Of a stretch of DNA of 64,000 nt, positions 24,870 to 37,581 are shown one piece after another (the first letter of the stretch is position 1; the number at the start of each line of letters is the position of its first letter). The notes under the pieces were generated by a model, which worked only from the letters and a program-made list of their open reading frames with translations, searched no databases and was not told where the DNA came from. Position numbers and translations under genes: made by a program. The DNA is from Octopus bimaculoides (lineage: Eukaryota), in the NCBI RefSeq assembly GCF_001194135.2, contig NC_068989.1:6935580-6999579 (forward strand). The letters are read 5' to 3'.

Positions 24870-25392
24870 CCGTGTGCACTAAGTTTTAACGTTTTAGCTT
24901 TCACTCACTTCTACTGTTTACAGCAGTGCTTGGAAGGAAGGTGTGTAACGTGTGATCATCACATTGACCATGACAGTTGGTCATGAGAAAGTTGTCCTGG
25001 CGATACCTGCTCAGAGGCCTACGCAAAGTTGCAGAAAGTGTATGGAGAGGAGTGTATGAGCCGCACACAAGTATACGAGTGGTTCGGACGTTTCCAAGAT
25101 GGCTGAAAAAATGTCGTTATTGAGGAACGTTCTGGGAGACCCGCAACCAACGGAACTGAGAAAACCATCGCAGATGTGAGGGGAAATCGTCAAATCACCA
25201 TCCGTGAGCATATCAGAGGATGTGCAGATTAGTTACGGTTCAGTTCAGTCCATTATCACTGAAGATTTGGGTATGAGACGTGTGTCTGACAAATTTGTAC
25301 TAAAACTACTTTCAGCTGACCAAAAAGACTCGGGTTTCATTTGAACAAAATCTCCTTGATTGTGTCGAGAACGATGAAAACTTTTTGATAAC
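24870..25392 (+). mobile_element. Mariner transposon relic (5' UTR plus N-terminal transposase, stops and frameshifts)
   Basis: From 24999: GDTCSEAYAKLQKVYGEECMSRTQVYEWFGRFQDG*KNVVIEERSGRP...RQITIRE/ISEDVQISYGSVQSIITEDLGMRRVSDKFVLKLLSADQK.../..ENDENFL. This is a typical mariner HTH region with a degenerate WVP(R/K)LL-type linker. It ends before the DD34D catalytic domain. Confidence 0.9.
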
Positions 25393-25562
25393 TTTGCGTA
25401 GGCTTCTGAGCAAGTATTGTGAAGCTTTTGCCAAACTTTGATACAGATTCTCTACTCAACTCTCTCTGCCATGGTCAATACGAAAAACACACGCTAGACG
25501 CGTTACTTCCAAGAACTGCTGTAAACAACGAGAATAAGCTAAGACTTTAAAACTTAGTGCGC
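25391..25562 (-). mobile_element. Second mariner 5' end in inverted orientation
   Basis: Minus strand ATG at 25472 gives MAERVE*RICIKVWQKLHNTCSEAYAK. The upstream GCACTAAGTTTTAA...TGTTTACAGCAGT.CTTGGAAG matches 24876-24940. Confidence 0.85.
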
Positions 25563-26101
25563 ATGCACAGCAGAGTTATTTCAAAGGAAGGTCTCCAAAA
25601 CATAAAGGTCTGATATGCAGATGGATAGATCTGCAGTTACAAGTGTTACATATTTTTTCCATCAGTTTAGAACATTATAGCGGTCTCGTTACGTCGCCAT
25701 CTTTTCTTCTCTGTGAGTGATTTTGTCGGTATCAGTTAGGAATATGTATATTTGCGCATGTGTGAATATTTTAGTAGAAGTTTAATACTTTATCAATATC
25801 TGAAGTGTTTGAACGGTTAGTGTATGCAAATGCTGTAATAACTAAACCCTTTTCTTGTTTCTCTGAGTTAGCTTTTTGTTGCTTATTTTTGGTAGCCTTT
25901 CTCAGTCTCTCTTTTTCTCTCCTTATAATAGGAATACATACATACATACGTACATACATATATATTTCCAAATACACAAATATGCATGTATGTATGCGTA
26001 TGTATGTGTGTGATGTGTGCATGGATGCGTGCGTGAGTGTGAAATTATAATAACATCAATCTGAATTTCTCTTTTCCTCTCATTTTTCATGTGTGTGTGT
26101 G

Positions 26102-26180
<79 letters not shown>

Positions 26181-27044
26181 NNNNNNNNNNNNNNNNNNNN
26201 NNNNNNNNNNNNNNNNNNNNNNNNNNNNNNNNNNNNNNNNNNNNNNNNNNNNNNNNNNNNNNNNNNNNNNNNNNNNNNNNNNNNNNNNNNNNNNNNNNNN
26301 NNNNNNNNNNNNNNNNNNNNNNNNNNNNNNNNNNNNNNNNNNNNNNNNNNNNNNNNNNNNNNNNNNNNNNNNNNNNNNNNNNNNNNNNNNNNNNNNNNNN
26401 NNNNNNNNNNNNNNNNNNNNNNNNNNNNNNNNNNNNNNNNNNNNNNNNNNNNNNNNNNNNNNNNNNNNNNNNNNNNNNNNNNNNNNNNNNNNNNNNNNNN
26501 NNNNNNNNNNNNNNNNNNNNNNNNNNNNNNNNNNNNNNNNNNNNNNNNNNNNNNNNNNNNNNNNNNNNNNNNNNNNNNNNNNNNNNNNNNNNNNNNNNNN
26601 NNNNNNNNNNNNNNNNNNNNNNNNNNNNNNNNNNNNNNNNNNNNNNNNNNNNNNNNNNNNNNNNNNNNNNNNNNNNNNNNNNNNNNNNNNNNNNNNNNNN
26701 NNNNNNNNNNNNNNNNNNNNNNNNNNNNNNNNNNNNNNNNNNNNNNNNNNNNNNNNNNNNNNNNNNNNNNNNNNNNNNNNNNNNNNNNNNNNNNNNNNNN
26801 NNNNNNNNNNNNNNNNNNNNNNNNNNNNNNNNNNNNNNNNNNNNNNNNNNNNNNNNNNNNNNNNNNNNNNNNNNNNNNNNNNNNNNNNNNNNNNNNNNNN
26901 NNNNNNNNNNNNNNNNNNNNNNNNNNNNNNNNNNNNNNNNNNNNNNNNNNNNNNNNNNNNNNNNNNNNNNNNNNNNNNNNNNCATACATACATACATACA
27001 TGTGTATATATATATATATGTATATATATGTATATTTTTGTCTC

Positions 27045-27205
27045 TCCTCTTTTTCACTCCTTGTTTCTTTCTGTGTTCCGTTCTGTGGAAGAGCATAGGC
27101 TCGAAACGTTAAAGACTTTTTCAATTCCCGAGCGTTATACTAATACATCTATTTGTTTTCTACACCACCTGTCTTCGTCTGTTGTTTTTTTTGTGAATTG
27201 TCCCT
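27045..27205 (+). repeat. Penelope-like terminal-repeat fragment with a degenerate hammerhead-like motif
   Basis: GAAGAGC..GGCTCGAAACGTTAAAGAC...GAGCGTTA.ACT.ATAC is shared with 35985-36110. The PLE assignment is inferred from the motif. Confidence 0.5.
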
Positions 27206-27978
27206 ATATATGTATATATATGTATATATATATATATATAGTCAATAAAACATATATCAGAAAAGAAGCACATTCTAAAGAATGGAGGAGTAATTATTAA
27301 AACAAAAAATTAAATTCTGGTCATAGAGTTACCAAAAGGTTTCGTATCCAGGGTAGTCAAAGTTTTGTGAACAGTTCGTCAGATTCTATAACAAAAACAA
27401 AGAAAATTTTAACTTTCTACCACGCGGACGTGAAGAAACGCTCAGATATCGAAATTTAAGGCCTGACGTATAAAAGCGTTAATGAGGACGGGTTGTCTTC
27501 TCCGGACCAGGGACAACACTTACAGACCCGAAACAGCCTAACCAGCAAACGGAGAGATCCAGATGTCCAGTAGGTGAACACATTTAGAGAAAACTTCTTT
27601 ACGACTATTCAGTGTGTGTGTGTGTGTGTAGGTACGTGGGTATGTACGTATATGTTTATGTATGTAAGTGTGTGTGGATGAGTGAATGTGCGTTGTATGT
27701 GTTACAAATAAATGTTGTCAGTCGTAATCGTTTATGTACGGACTGTTAGCAGTCAGATAAATTCTCATGCGCTGAGTGAACATCTAATCGACTCTGATCG
27801 GTTCTCCACTATCAGCTTGTTTCTTGTATCTGTACATTTGTTTCCAAATTAAAACCGAAAATTACACTGCGAACACGGAAAAAAAAATTACACGTTTATT
27901 ACTCAGGTTTCGTTTGGACCGAACATATGTACTTCTAAATTCATCTTTGATATCCTTAAAGAATATCGTTACCGTTTG

Positions 27979-28125
27979 TCTTTTACTTATTTCAGTTCAA
28001 TGATTGAAATAAGTAAAAGATCAAGTCTGGTACTTATACTAATCGCGAAGTTACGGGGACGTAAACAAACCAACGTTCGTTATCAAGCGGTTGAAGACAC
28101 ATACAAATACAAAAAACATGCACAA
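27979..28125 (-). mobile_element. SINE family A tail, rearranged with a snap-back hairpin
   Basis: TCTTTTACTTATTTCAG...AAGTTACGGGGACGTAAACAAACC...TCAAGCG. Confidence 0.8.
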
Positions 28126-28148
28126 ATAAATACACACGCGCACACATG

Positions 28149-28179
<31 letters not shown>

Positions 28180-28327
28180 GCACATACACACGTACGCACA
28201 CACGCACATACAGATGTCCACACGCGCACGCACGCATTTATATATATATATACGACGAATCATTTCCAGTTTTCATCTTCCATGTGGCTTTTGGTCGATT
28301 CTGGGAAGGTCTCCATATATGTCATAT

Positions 28328-28404
<77 letters not shown>

Positions 28405-28409
<5 letters not shown>

Positions 28410-28615
28410 TGTCAACCACAGCTTGACAACCAGTATTGCTTTGTTTGCGTCCGCGTAACTTAGCGGTTCGGCACAACAGATTAAGAGAATAAATACCAAG
28501 TTTTTTTTTGTTTTTTTTTTAAAGAGCACAGTGTCAATGAGTTCGACAAAAATTCTTCAAGACTATACTCTAGCTTGGCCACAGCCCAATGACTTAAACA
28601 ATTAAAAAATAGTAA
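28405..28615 (+). mobile_element. SINE family A tail, diverged
   Basis: GCTTGACAACC...GTAACTTAGCGGTTCGGC...GGCCACAGCCCAATGACTTAAAC. Confidence 0.8.
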
Positions 28616-29576
28616 AAAAAAGTGACTAAATATTAATCGCAAGAATCTCATTATCCGCAGTTATGGTCATGGTCTATGAATCTAGTCTTACAGTTTATGC
28701 CTTCCACGACATATCTCTTGAGGCTTTCAATTGCTTAAACATTTCCAAGCAAATTGCAGCGTTTTTTTCTGGTCCTCTACAATTTTATATTGCAACATAA
28801 TAATTGTATTTCAACTTGTTATTGATGCCATGTATAGATCTTCCAGAACTGTTATTTGCAAAGAAACTTTATATACAAAGGTCAACTGAAAATTATAATT
28901 TCGTAGCTCATTCGACCAGTAACCATAATATCGCAGACAAAATTAATATTTGGATAGGTGCCATAATTACTATATATTAATTCAGAAATTAGGCGAGCTA
29001 ACCGTTTATTTTCCAAATTGGTTTCAAATTATATGAATACAGTTAGTTTCTTTAGAGGAAATCGAGATATATTTACTGGTATTGTTCTAAACAACGCCTC
29101 CGTGATGTACGACACTGTAACCGATAATTTCTTAAAGGCTTTCTGTACCTGTCGTTATCGTTTATATAGCTGCTTGTTTTTTAGTTTTACTATATTTTTT
29201 TCTAATGTTTTTCTTGTTGCAAATTTTCCTGAGTATGTGGACATTACAAAACTGTTCCGTGGAAACTTCTTTCGACTACTGCAGTGATATAAGTGTAACT
29301 GGAAAACATAGATATTTGCTTCGTGAACATAGGTAGACGCATACACGCATTCAAACACATACCTGAAATGTAAGGTAATTTTTTTAATGACCAAATCGTT
29401 CATACCTTGCTATTAAAAGTAAACGAAGTAATTACATCATAGATTTTTATCTCTCACAATCACTCAGCTGAAAAAGTAGAATCCATTTTATCAATTTCGA
29501 CTCCATTCCTATCTCCATTACTGAAAGAGCACGCGTCCATAAGTATATATACAACGAAACATACATAACTAGACAC

Positions 29577-29652
<76 letters not shown>

Positions 29653-30494
29653 ATATATATATATATATATATGTATGTATGCATGTATGTATGTATTTAT
29701 TTATACTTATATATATACCCACACATACTTATACACACTTATACGTCCATATACCACGGCCTCCGTTCAGTTTCCCTTAACCAAATCCTAGTCATATCCT
29801 ATTGGTTGAGTTGAATTTAATGTAGAATAGAGATACGAGCTCAATGTGTTACTGAGTAGGATTGAATTACTAGTCTCGTTGTTACAAAAGGAAGAAATGA
29901 GCCATAGAGCATTGCTTGCCGCAAAAAAAAATGCTTTTAACATCTACTGTGAGCTAATCGGCTTTGTCCATTGAAAACTATTTTATCTTAGTCACAGATG
30001 GAATATGGTATCGTAATTAACAAGATACGAATTGGCGACCTTTTGTCTGCTTGACCGGTGCCCTATCGATCCGGACATTTGCGTATGTCAGCGGTTTACA
30101 AAAAGACTGACACCTGACCGGAAACACCTTATATGTTACAGGAAGTCGGGGCGTGCTTGTAAATCGGTTTCTATGCTACAGGAAACTAGTCTATCATTAG
30201 AACAATGTTATGTGTTAAGCAACGAAAGAGAAACAAGAGAAGCTAGTTATAATACATCTTTTTCTCTTTCTTTTTTGGCTTTGGAATAGAAACAATATCT
30301 CTTTAAACACGCTCGGGTTGTTTCTGTAAGAATGAAAAGAAATTTTGGAACGTTGTATCTAAGATATTGATCAATAATCGAACTAGCATAATCTATGATA
30401 TTATTTAAAGTTTATATTCTTCTAACTAAGCTAGGATAAAAATGTAAAAAATGATGCCTCCGTAATGTTGAAACAATCAACAAAATATGCAATG

Positions 30495-30625
30495 ATTAGT
30501 TGTAATTTTATCAACCTCCGAAGTTATGAAACACAAGGCTGACCTTAGGGAGATTTGAACTCAGAACGTAAAGAGTCGAAATAAATACCAGAAGCTGTTT
30601 TTCTAACGCTGTACTGATTCTATCA
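30495..30625 (-). mobile_element. SINE family B, diverged
   Basis: TTTGAACTCAGAACGTAAAGA plus flanking family B motifs. Confidence 0.7.
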
Positions 30626-31386
30626 ATCTACAATCCTTATTTCATACATAACAACATACCCTTAAATTACACGATGAGTAGTAATAGTCATTAAAATAGA
30701 CTCCAGTAGCTGACTGGCGATGTAAAGCAAAACTCACAAAAACATATTTGCTTTTAGTTTGATATATAGATCACTGTTTTGTACTATTTCTAGTGCCATC
30801 GCTAATAGCGAGTTTCTCTTGTTTTCTTTTTTTTTTATATCAGTAGAAAATACGTGGAATATAAGGTAACTAGTAGATCCTTGCTACTGATGATGTTCAA
30901 TGAAGCAGAAATACATATTTAGCAATGCTACCACTGTTACTGACAAATTTTCGTCTGCTACTGATACATTTCAGTACTTTTTAACGTTATACGTCTGCAA
31001 GAGATAATTTTTAAAGACGAATACTGCAATTTTCAACAGTATACCTAATTAAAGTAAAATATAGATTGCTAATAATGCATATATTTGTGTGTTTATATGT
31101 GATATATATATATATGTATATATATAATGAATTTCCAGGATTGAGGAGATAGTGAAGCACCAAGATCAGGTCGGTGATAGCGCTTTCTAATACAAGTAGT
31201 ATTTTTGGACGAATACGTACAAACTTATATAAATGCGGATTTGTACTCTGGTTGTGAATTCATGCACAAATAGCTGAATACACAGAGTCATCAAGTTCAT
31301 ACGTGGATTCTCAAGGCACCTATTGCACTTAACTCACCCTAGATCCAATCGAATTGCAGGTTCTGAGTTATGTCTACAAGGCTATG

Positions 31387-31440
<54 letters not shown>

Positions 31441-31487
31441 ATACATACATATATGTATGCGTGTGTGTACATATACATATTTATAAC

Positions 31488-31820
31488 AACTGTATTATAA
31501 CGTATCATAATATTTTATTCTCCGATTTGAAGCGACAATTTATAAATACAAACTAATGACTGAAAAAATTATGAACTCACCCCAGCCAGAATCGAACCCA
31601 GAAATCAACACTAACACGGCTCCTTGCGCATCCGGTTGGCCAATCGCTCACCCATCAATTTCAGCCAAATTTAGTTAATATATACTTAAACTGGTTTCTT
31701 GATTTCTGCCTCGATTCTGGCTGGGGCTAGTTGATAATTTTTCAGTCATTCGTTTGTATTTATAAATTGTCTCTTCAGATCGGAGAATAAAATATAATTA
31801 TGAGATGTTATTATACAGTT
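31488..31820. repeat. Fold-back element: about 120-bp inverted arms with a 90-bp spacer and a tRNA-like head
   Basis: 31488-31608 is the reverse complement of 31699-31820 with few mismatches. The minus strand has TGGCCAACCGG (A-box-like) and GGGTTCGATTC (B box). Confidence 0.8.
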
Positions 31821-31898
31821 TATTATATGATTCTTCCATAGTAGCTTTCTCTCCGTAAACTTACAAAGCCTTCCACATTTGTTTACAAATATTATACG

Positions 31899-31933
<35 letters not shown>

Positions 31934-32644
31934 CCCCGTAGACATGCGTTTATTATTATTCTTGATACATCAACTATTCTTTATTTTATTCTTTTGATTG
32001 TTTTTGTTTTAATCAGTGGATTGCGTCCATGCTGGCACACCACCTTAAAGAATTCAGTCAAAGCGATCGACAGTTGTACTTATTCTTTCAACAACAGTAA
32101 TAATAATAATGATATTTCTTGGAGTCAAAAGATGATGATGAAGATGATGATGATTTGAAAGAGGGAGGAGGAGGGGAAAGAGGAGGAAACGAAGGAAGAA
32201 AATAAATGAAATGGTAAAAAGAAGATAAGGAAGGCGTGCAAAATCAATGTCTGCGTTTGTTTATTTTTTGCTAACGATACCGAAGTCAGACATATTGCCT
32301 TATGAAAAACAGTAGTTTTTCGCAAATTAAAATATATATGTATATGTCATTGGTTAGGATCAACTATTCTAGGCTGTCTAGTAGTCTGATATTTTGTCAA
32401 AAAGAGAAGAAAAAAATCAGCTTTTATGAGGGAAACAATTTACACAAAAGCTTTTCCTCACAGAGTTAGATTGACGTGTAACATTGCGTTTTCGTTAGAC
32501 ATTTCGAGATATATTGACGCAGAACAATAACCCGAACAAGCAGCGAACTGACAAAATATATATACATAGGTGTATACATAAGTACATGAGTGTGTGTGTA
32601 TGTATATATATACCTATATACATACATACATACATACATATATT

Positions 32645-32683
<39 letters not shown>

Positions 32684-32879
32684 NNNNNNNNNNNNNNNNN
32701 NNNNNNNNNNNNNNNNNNNNNNNNNNNNNNNNNNNNNNNNNNNNNNNNNNNNNNNNNNNNNNNNNNNNNNNNNNNNNNNNNNNNNNNNNNNNNNNNNNNN
32801 NNNNNNNNNNNNNNNNNNNNNNNNNNNNNNNNNNNNNNNNNNNNNNNNNNNNNNNNNNNNNNNNNNNNNNNNNNNNNNN

Positions 32880-32927
<48 letters not shown>

Positions 32928-33317
32928 TGTGAGTGTGTGTGTGTGTGTGCGTGTATATGTGCGTGTATGAGCACAAATGTGTAAGTCTTTTATATTCATT
33001 ATGCATGCGGACCTGTAGTCGGTGGTTACACACGACTGCTGTAAGTACTTACGTACGTATATATAAGGTATAACAATAGGTACATTTATGTGTGTATGTA
33101 TGTATACATGCAAGTGCATATTGATTATTGACATAGTTATATGTATGCTTGCATGCACATATGTGTGTATGTTTGTGTGTATATATATGCATATATATCA
33201 CACAAACATATAGAAACGCACACATACATGCACACACATACACACGCACACACACATGTACACACACACACATATATACAAATGATATAATTATATGTAT
33301 GCTCGTATGTACATTTG

Positions 33318-33368
<51 letters not shown>

Positions 33369-33513
33369 GCATATATACACACACACACACACATATATAT
33401 GATATAGGTATATGTATATTGTACGCACATATGTAATATATATATACGTATATATATGCATATATATACACACACACACACACATATACACACGCACACA
33501 CACGCACACACAA

Positions 33514-33553
<40 letters not shown>

Positions 33554-33784
33554 TATATATATATACGTATAATAAAAGGCGAAGAAATAGAAGTAATATG
33601 ACTAATAAATTCCAGCCAAATGTAAACAATACATATAGAAATGAAACCCGCAAAATGGCGAAAAAAATATGTTCATAAACAAACGCAGAAATCAAATATA
33701 TTCGCTGTGAAAGGTTAGTAAGTTTAGTGGGTAAAAAAGATGATTAAAAGTAATTGTACATGAAATTACAATATAGATTTTTGA

Positions 33785-33797
33785 CGCCACCTAGTGG
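33785..33797 (-). promoter_or_regulatory. Candidate CTCF binding motif
   Basis: Minus strand CCACTAGGTGGCG matches the CTCF core CCASYAGRKGGCR. Motif match only. Confidence 0.4.
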
Positions 33798-34871
33798 TGT
33801 ATTACTTGAGAGGAAGTCGTATAATTTCAGAGAAATCCAACTGTATGCGGCAGCCATATTGAACAGAAGCGTTTACACTGCATATGAGAAGTAGACATAA
33901 ATATGGAGACGTAAATATGAACTGTTTCAGAAAGCAGAATATTTGTTATTTGGAATGTCGAGCACTGATCTAGTTGAATTATGATCAACAGTACTCCAAC
34001 CTTGCTCACCTCATGTTTTATTCTCGTCCAGTTATATATCTATATAAAATGCTGTTTTACATAATGCATTTGTTAGTAATACTGTTTCCGTCGTTAATAA
34101 TGCCTATATATAATCGTGTTTTCCGTTTTCTGTTTTCATGGAGCATTCACTGGTTCATTATAATATTTATTTACGATGGTAAATGTAACGAAAGAGTGTT
34201 TTCGACTCAGGTACAACGGATGAATTCTGCGGGGAAAAAACACTATGCCAACATTCTAATGTAGTGCTGATGACCATGTCGGACAATTGTAAAACAAGGT
34301 CTGGAGGAAAATAATCACTGATATATACTCTAGAGGGATGATGTCCTAGGAAGCTGGTGACTCTAAAACAATTTGTAATTAACGTAAAGTCCAATTTATA
34401 CAAGAAATGTTTATAGCGTAAATAAAAGTAATATCAGAAGGCACAAGGGGAAGAACTCTTGAAATTTTAGTCTACCAAATATGAAATGTTAAATTTATTT
34501 TGAACTAACCATCTTAAGTATGATGACTGGTACATAACCATATATTTCGAATATAGAAGTTACTCTTGGGAAATTTCACAATATCTATAAGTGTCTACAC
34601 GTTTGTATCAATGTCTTGTAATGTATCTTCCTTCAGTGTAAATTCTAAAGCAGTTATATTAATCGTTGTAAAGGGAGAGACATTCCGGAACCATTGACTC
34701 TCTGACTTTGAAAATAGCAAAATCAAATTAAGAAAAGAAAGATTATTGCAAGTGTTCGTCTGATTAAATTTTTTATATCTGTTGGATTGTATGAAGGAGA
34801 ACCTTTTAAAGTCCCGTTTTCTCTCCACATTTATGCACTCACAAACACACACACAAACTCACACACAAACT

Positions 34872-34902
<31 letters not shown>

Positions 34903-35984
34903 CGAACACATGTGGAACACATCTAGAGACACAAAATCACACACACATTGACGTAAAAACTTAGGTACACATATAAACGTACTTCTACTTACTACGCACT
35001 TATATGTGTATGCATGTATATAAACACACACATGTATGTATGTATGTATGTATGTATGTATGTATGTATGTGTGCATGAGTATTATATGTGGATGTGTCT
35101 GAATGTGTATGCGTATTTTTGTAAACATTTTATTTAATAAAATCTCCCAATTTCGTATCAGTTCTCTCTCCCATTATATCTGCATCAATGATAGCAGAAG
35201 ATAAAATCAAATTGATACCTAAATGCTGTTGGTCAAGCTCGTACGGTTTTGCCAAACTCGATTGCTCTACTCCTCACGATCTTATTTAGCGCTCGGAATA
35301 TCAGCAGTATAATATTCCGTCCGTATATTCATCTGGTTGTTAAAGATTTTTAAGCAATCCGGCCGATACGTCTATATCCACGTCGGGATATCCACATTAG
35401 TACAATACAACGGTTATCAGCACTTGATAAGACTGCTGTTTAGTCTTTGTTTAGGCAGTGTACGTTTTCTTTCTCCAGGAGATATTCAGAGCATCACGTG
35501 GTGCACGCGTATAAGAGCCACCACGCTTCTTGCCAAGTGTCTTAACAGTAGAGTGATATTTCATACACATTCGCATTTGATACAATAGTTTCAAAAAAGC
35601 TAACATGTTTATTGCAATTGAATAGAAAAGGATAAATATGCTTTTTTTTTCAGCGATCTCCATTTGGGACTTATCGAAACATTTATCATAATTTCCAAAA
35701 TAATCCACATATGAAGAAAATTTAAATACTATATATTATTTTAACTCCCAAGACTCCTGGCAAAACCAAAAAATATGAATAAAAACATTTAGCAGTTAAT
35801 GCGCTAAATCTTAATATCAATACAGCTTTTCTTCGCAGTTGATGTATTTGCGTGTACAACGTATATATAGGAACAACATCGAAGAACGTATCTATTCTAT
35901 ACGCTGCAGATTTCCAGTGTTATATTTGAACATTGTATTGAAGGCTGATCGTTTAACTCCGACACGTTCCATTTTTTTTTTCTT

Positions 35985-36110
35985 CGCCTTTCCTCTCCCT
36001 GCATGTAGAAGAGCGTGGGTTCGAAACGTTAAAGACGTCTTCCATTTTTCCTAAGCGTTAAACTGATACAATGTGTTTGTTTTTCGTTCAATTCTTCTTT
36101 GTGTTTTCTC
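35985..36110 (+). repeat. Second copy of the Penelope-like terminal-repeat fragment
   Basis: GAAGAGCGTGGGTTCGAAACGTTAAAGAC matches 27087-27116. Confidence 0.5.
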
Positions 36111-36337
36111 TATGTATATATATATATGAATTATAATTTTGAGTTAGCTGGACATTCAGATTTTACTTGGTACTTTATCTAACTGGTTGGATGGGCCCTC
36201 AGGCGAAATTTTATGTCCAAGCTAACACAAAACTAAACATAAATTCCCATTTATTTCCGTTATTGTCTCACCCCGAGAGTGCATGTTCTGCTGTTACTAT
36301 TAATCTAACTAAAACGTAAAGTGAATATAACACACAC

Positions 36338-36387
<50 letters not shown>

Positions 36388-36501
36388 GTACACACGGACA
36401 CGCACACACACATACACACAAAGATACAAGCACATACAAAACAAAGACATACACACGCAAAGACACTCACGTGCACATACACATACGTATGTCTGTACAA
36501 A

Positions 36502-36553
<52 letters not shown>

Positions 36554-37202
36554 CATATATATTATACATGTGATGTATATACGTGAATATATACTAACTG
36601 TGTATACATATATTCATGTATGTGTGTGTGTGCGTGTGCATATGTCTCTCTATCTGTCCATCTGTATGTATGTATGTATACATGCATGTATGTTTGTACG
36701 TACGTATGTATGTTAGTATGTTTAAACGTATGTATGTATGTATGTATGCATGTAACGGCTAACAATAACTGAATATTACACTTCAGATGCGATTGGTCGT
36801 TTACGGAAATCAGAAATACGTTTTCAGCCATAATTGTTAGACGACATTGTAAAACATTGTATTCAGCTCTGTTTCGCTCGCCATTACCTACCGATCAAAT
36901 AGGATTGGCACTTGTCTGTCTGATTCACGTTAATCGAAAATTAACACGTTTCTTCTCCAGCGAAATTTCTCTCTTAACATCTCAATGCCTCGGGAAACCG
37001 AAAATACGTGTCTTGTTGGTTATAAATAAGTGTTTTGATGACATATTTATTAAAGTAATATACTTACAGCAAAGTGATTGAATGATATTAAGAACCTCTG
37101 TATAGACATATGTGTAAACCGTGGAAGGAACTTGCTAAGCCAAGTCTGCAGGTTCGATTCGTGGTTGATCTATTTCTTGTCACTTATTCCCCCTATATTT
37201 TT

Positions 37203-37581
37203 TCTTTTACTTGTTTCATTCATTAGACTGCGGCCATGCTGAAGCACCACATTGAAGCGTTTAGCCAAACAAATCGAGCACAGTATTTGGTACTTATTTA
37301 ATCGAACTCTTTTTGCCGAACCGCCACGTTATTGAGGCCAGCACCGGTTGTCGAGTGGTGGTGATGAACAAATGCAAATACACAAAAAAATATAAACATA
37401 CATGTCTGTGTGTGCGCACGCGTATGTATGTGTACAAGATGGGTTTCTTTCAGTTTCCGTCTACCAAATCTATTCACAAGGCTATAGTCGAAGATGTTTG
37501 TTCACGATGCCACGCAATGGGACTGAACCCCAAATCTTGAAGTTAGAAAGCCAGCTTCTTATCACACAGCGACGCCTGTGC
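37203..37581 (-). mobile_element. SINE family A, near full length, diverged
   Basis: Tail, degenerate microsatellite and head are all present in order. Confidence 0.88.
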
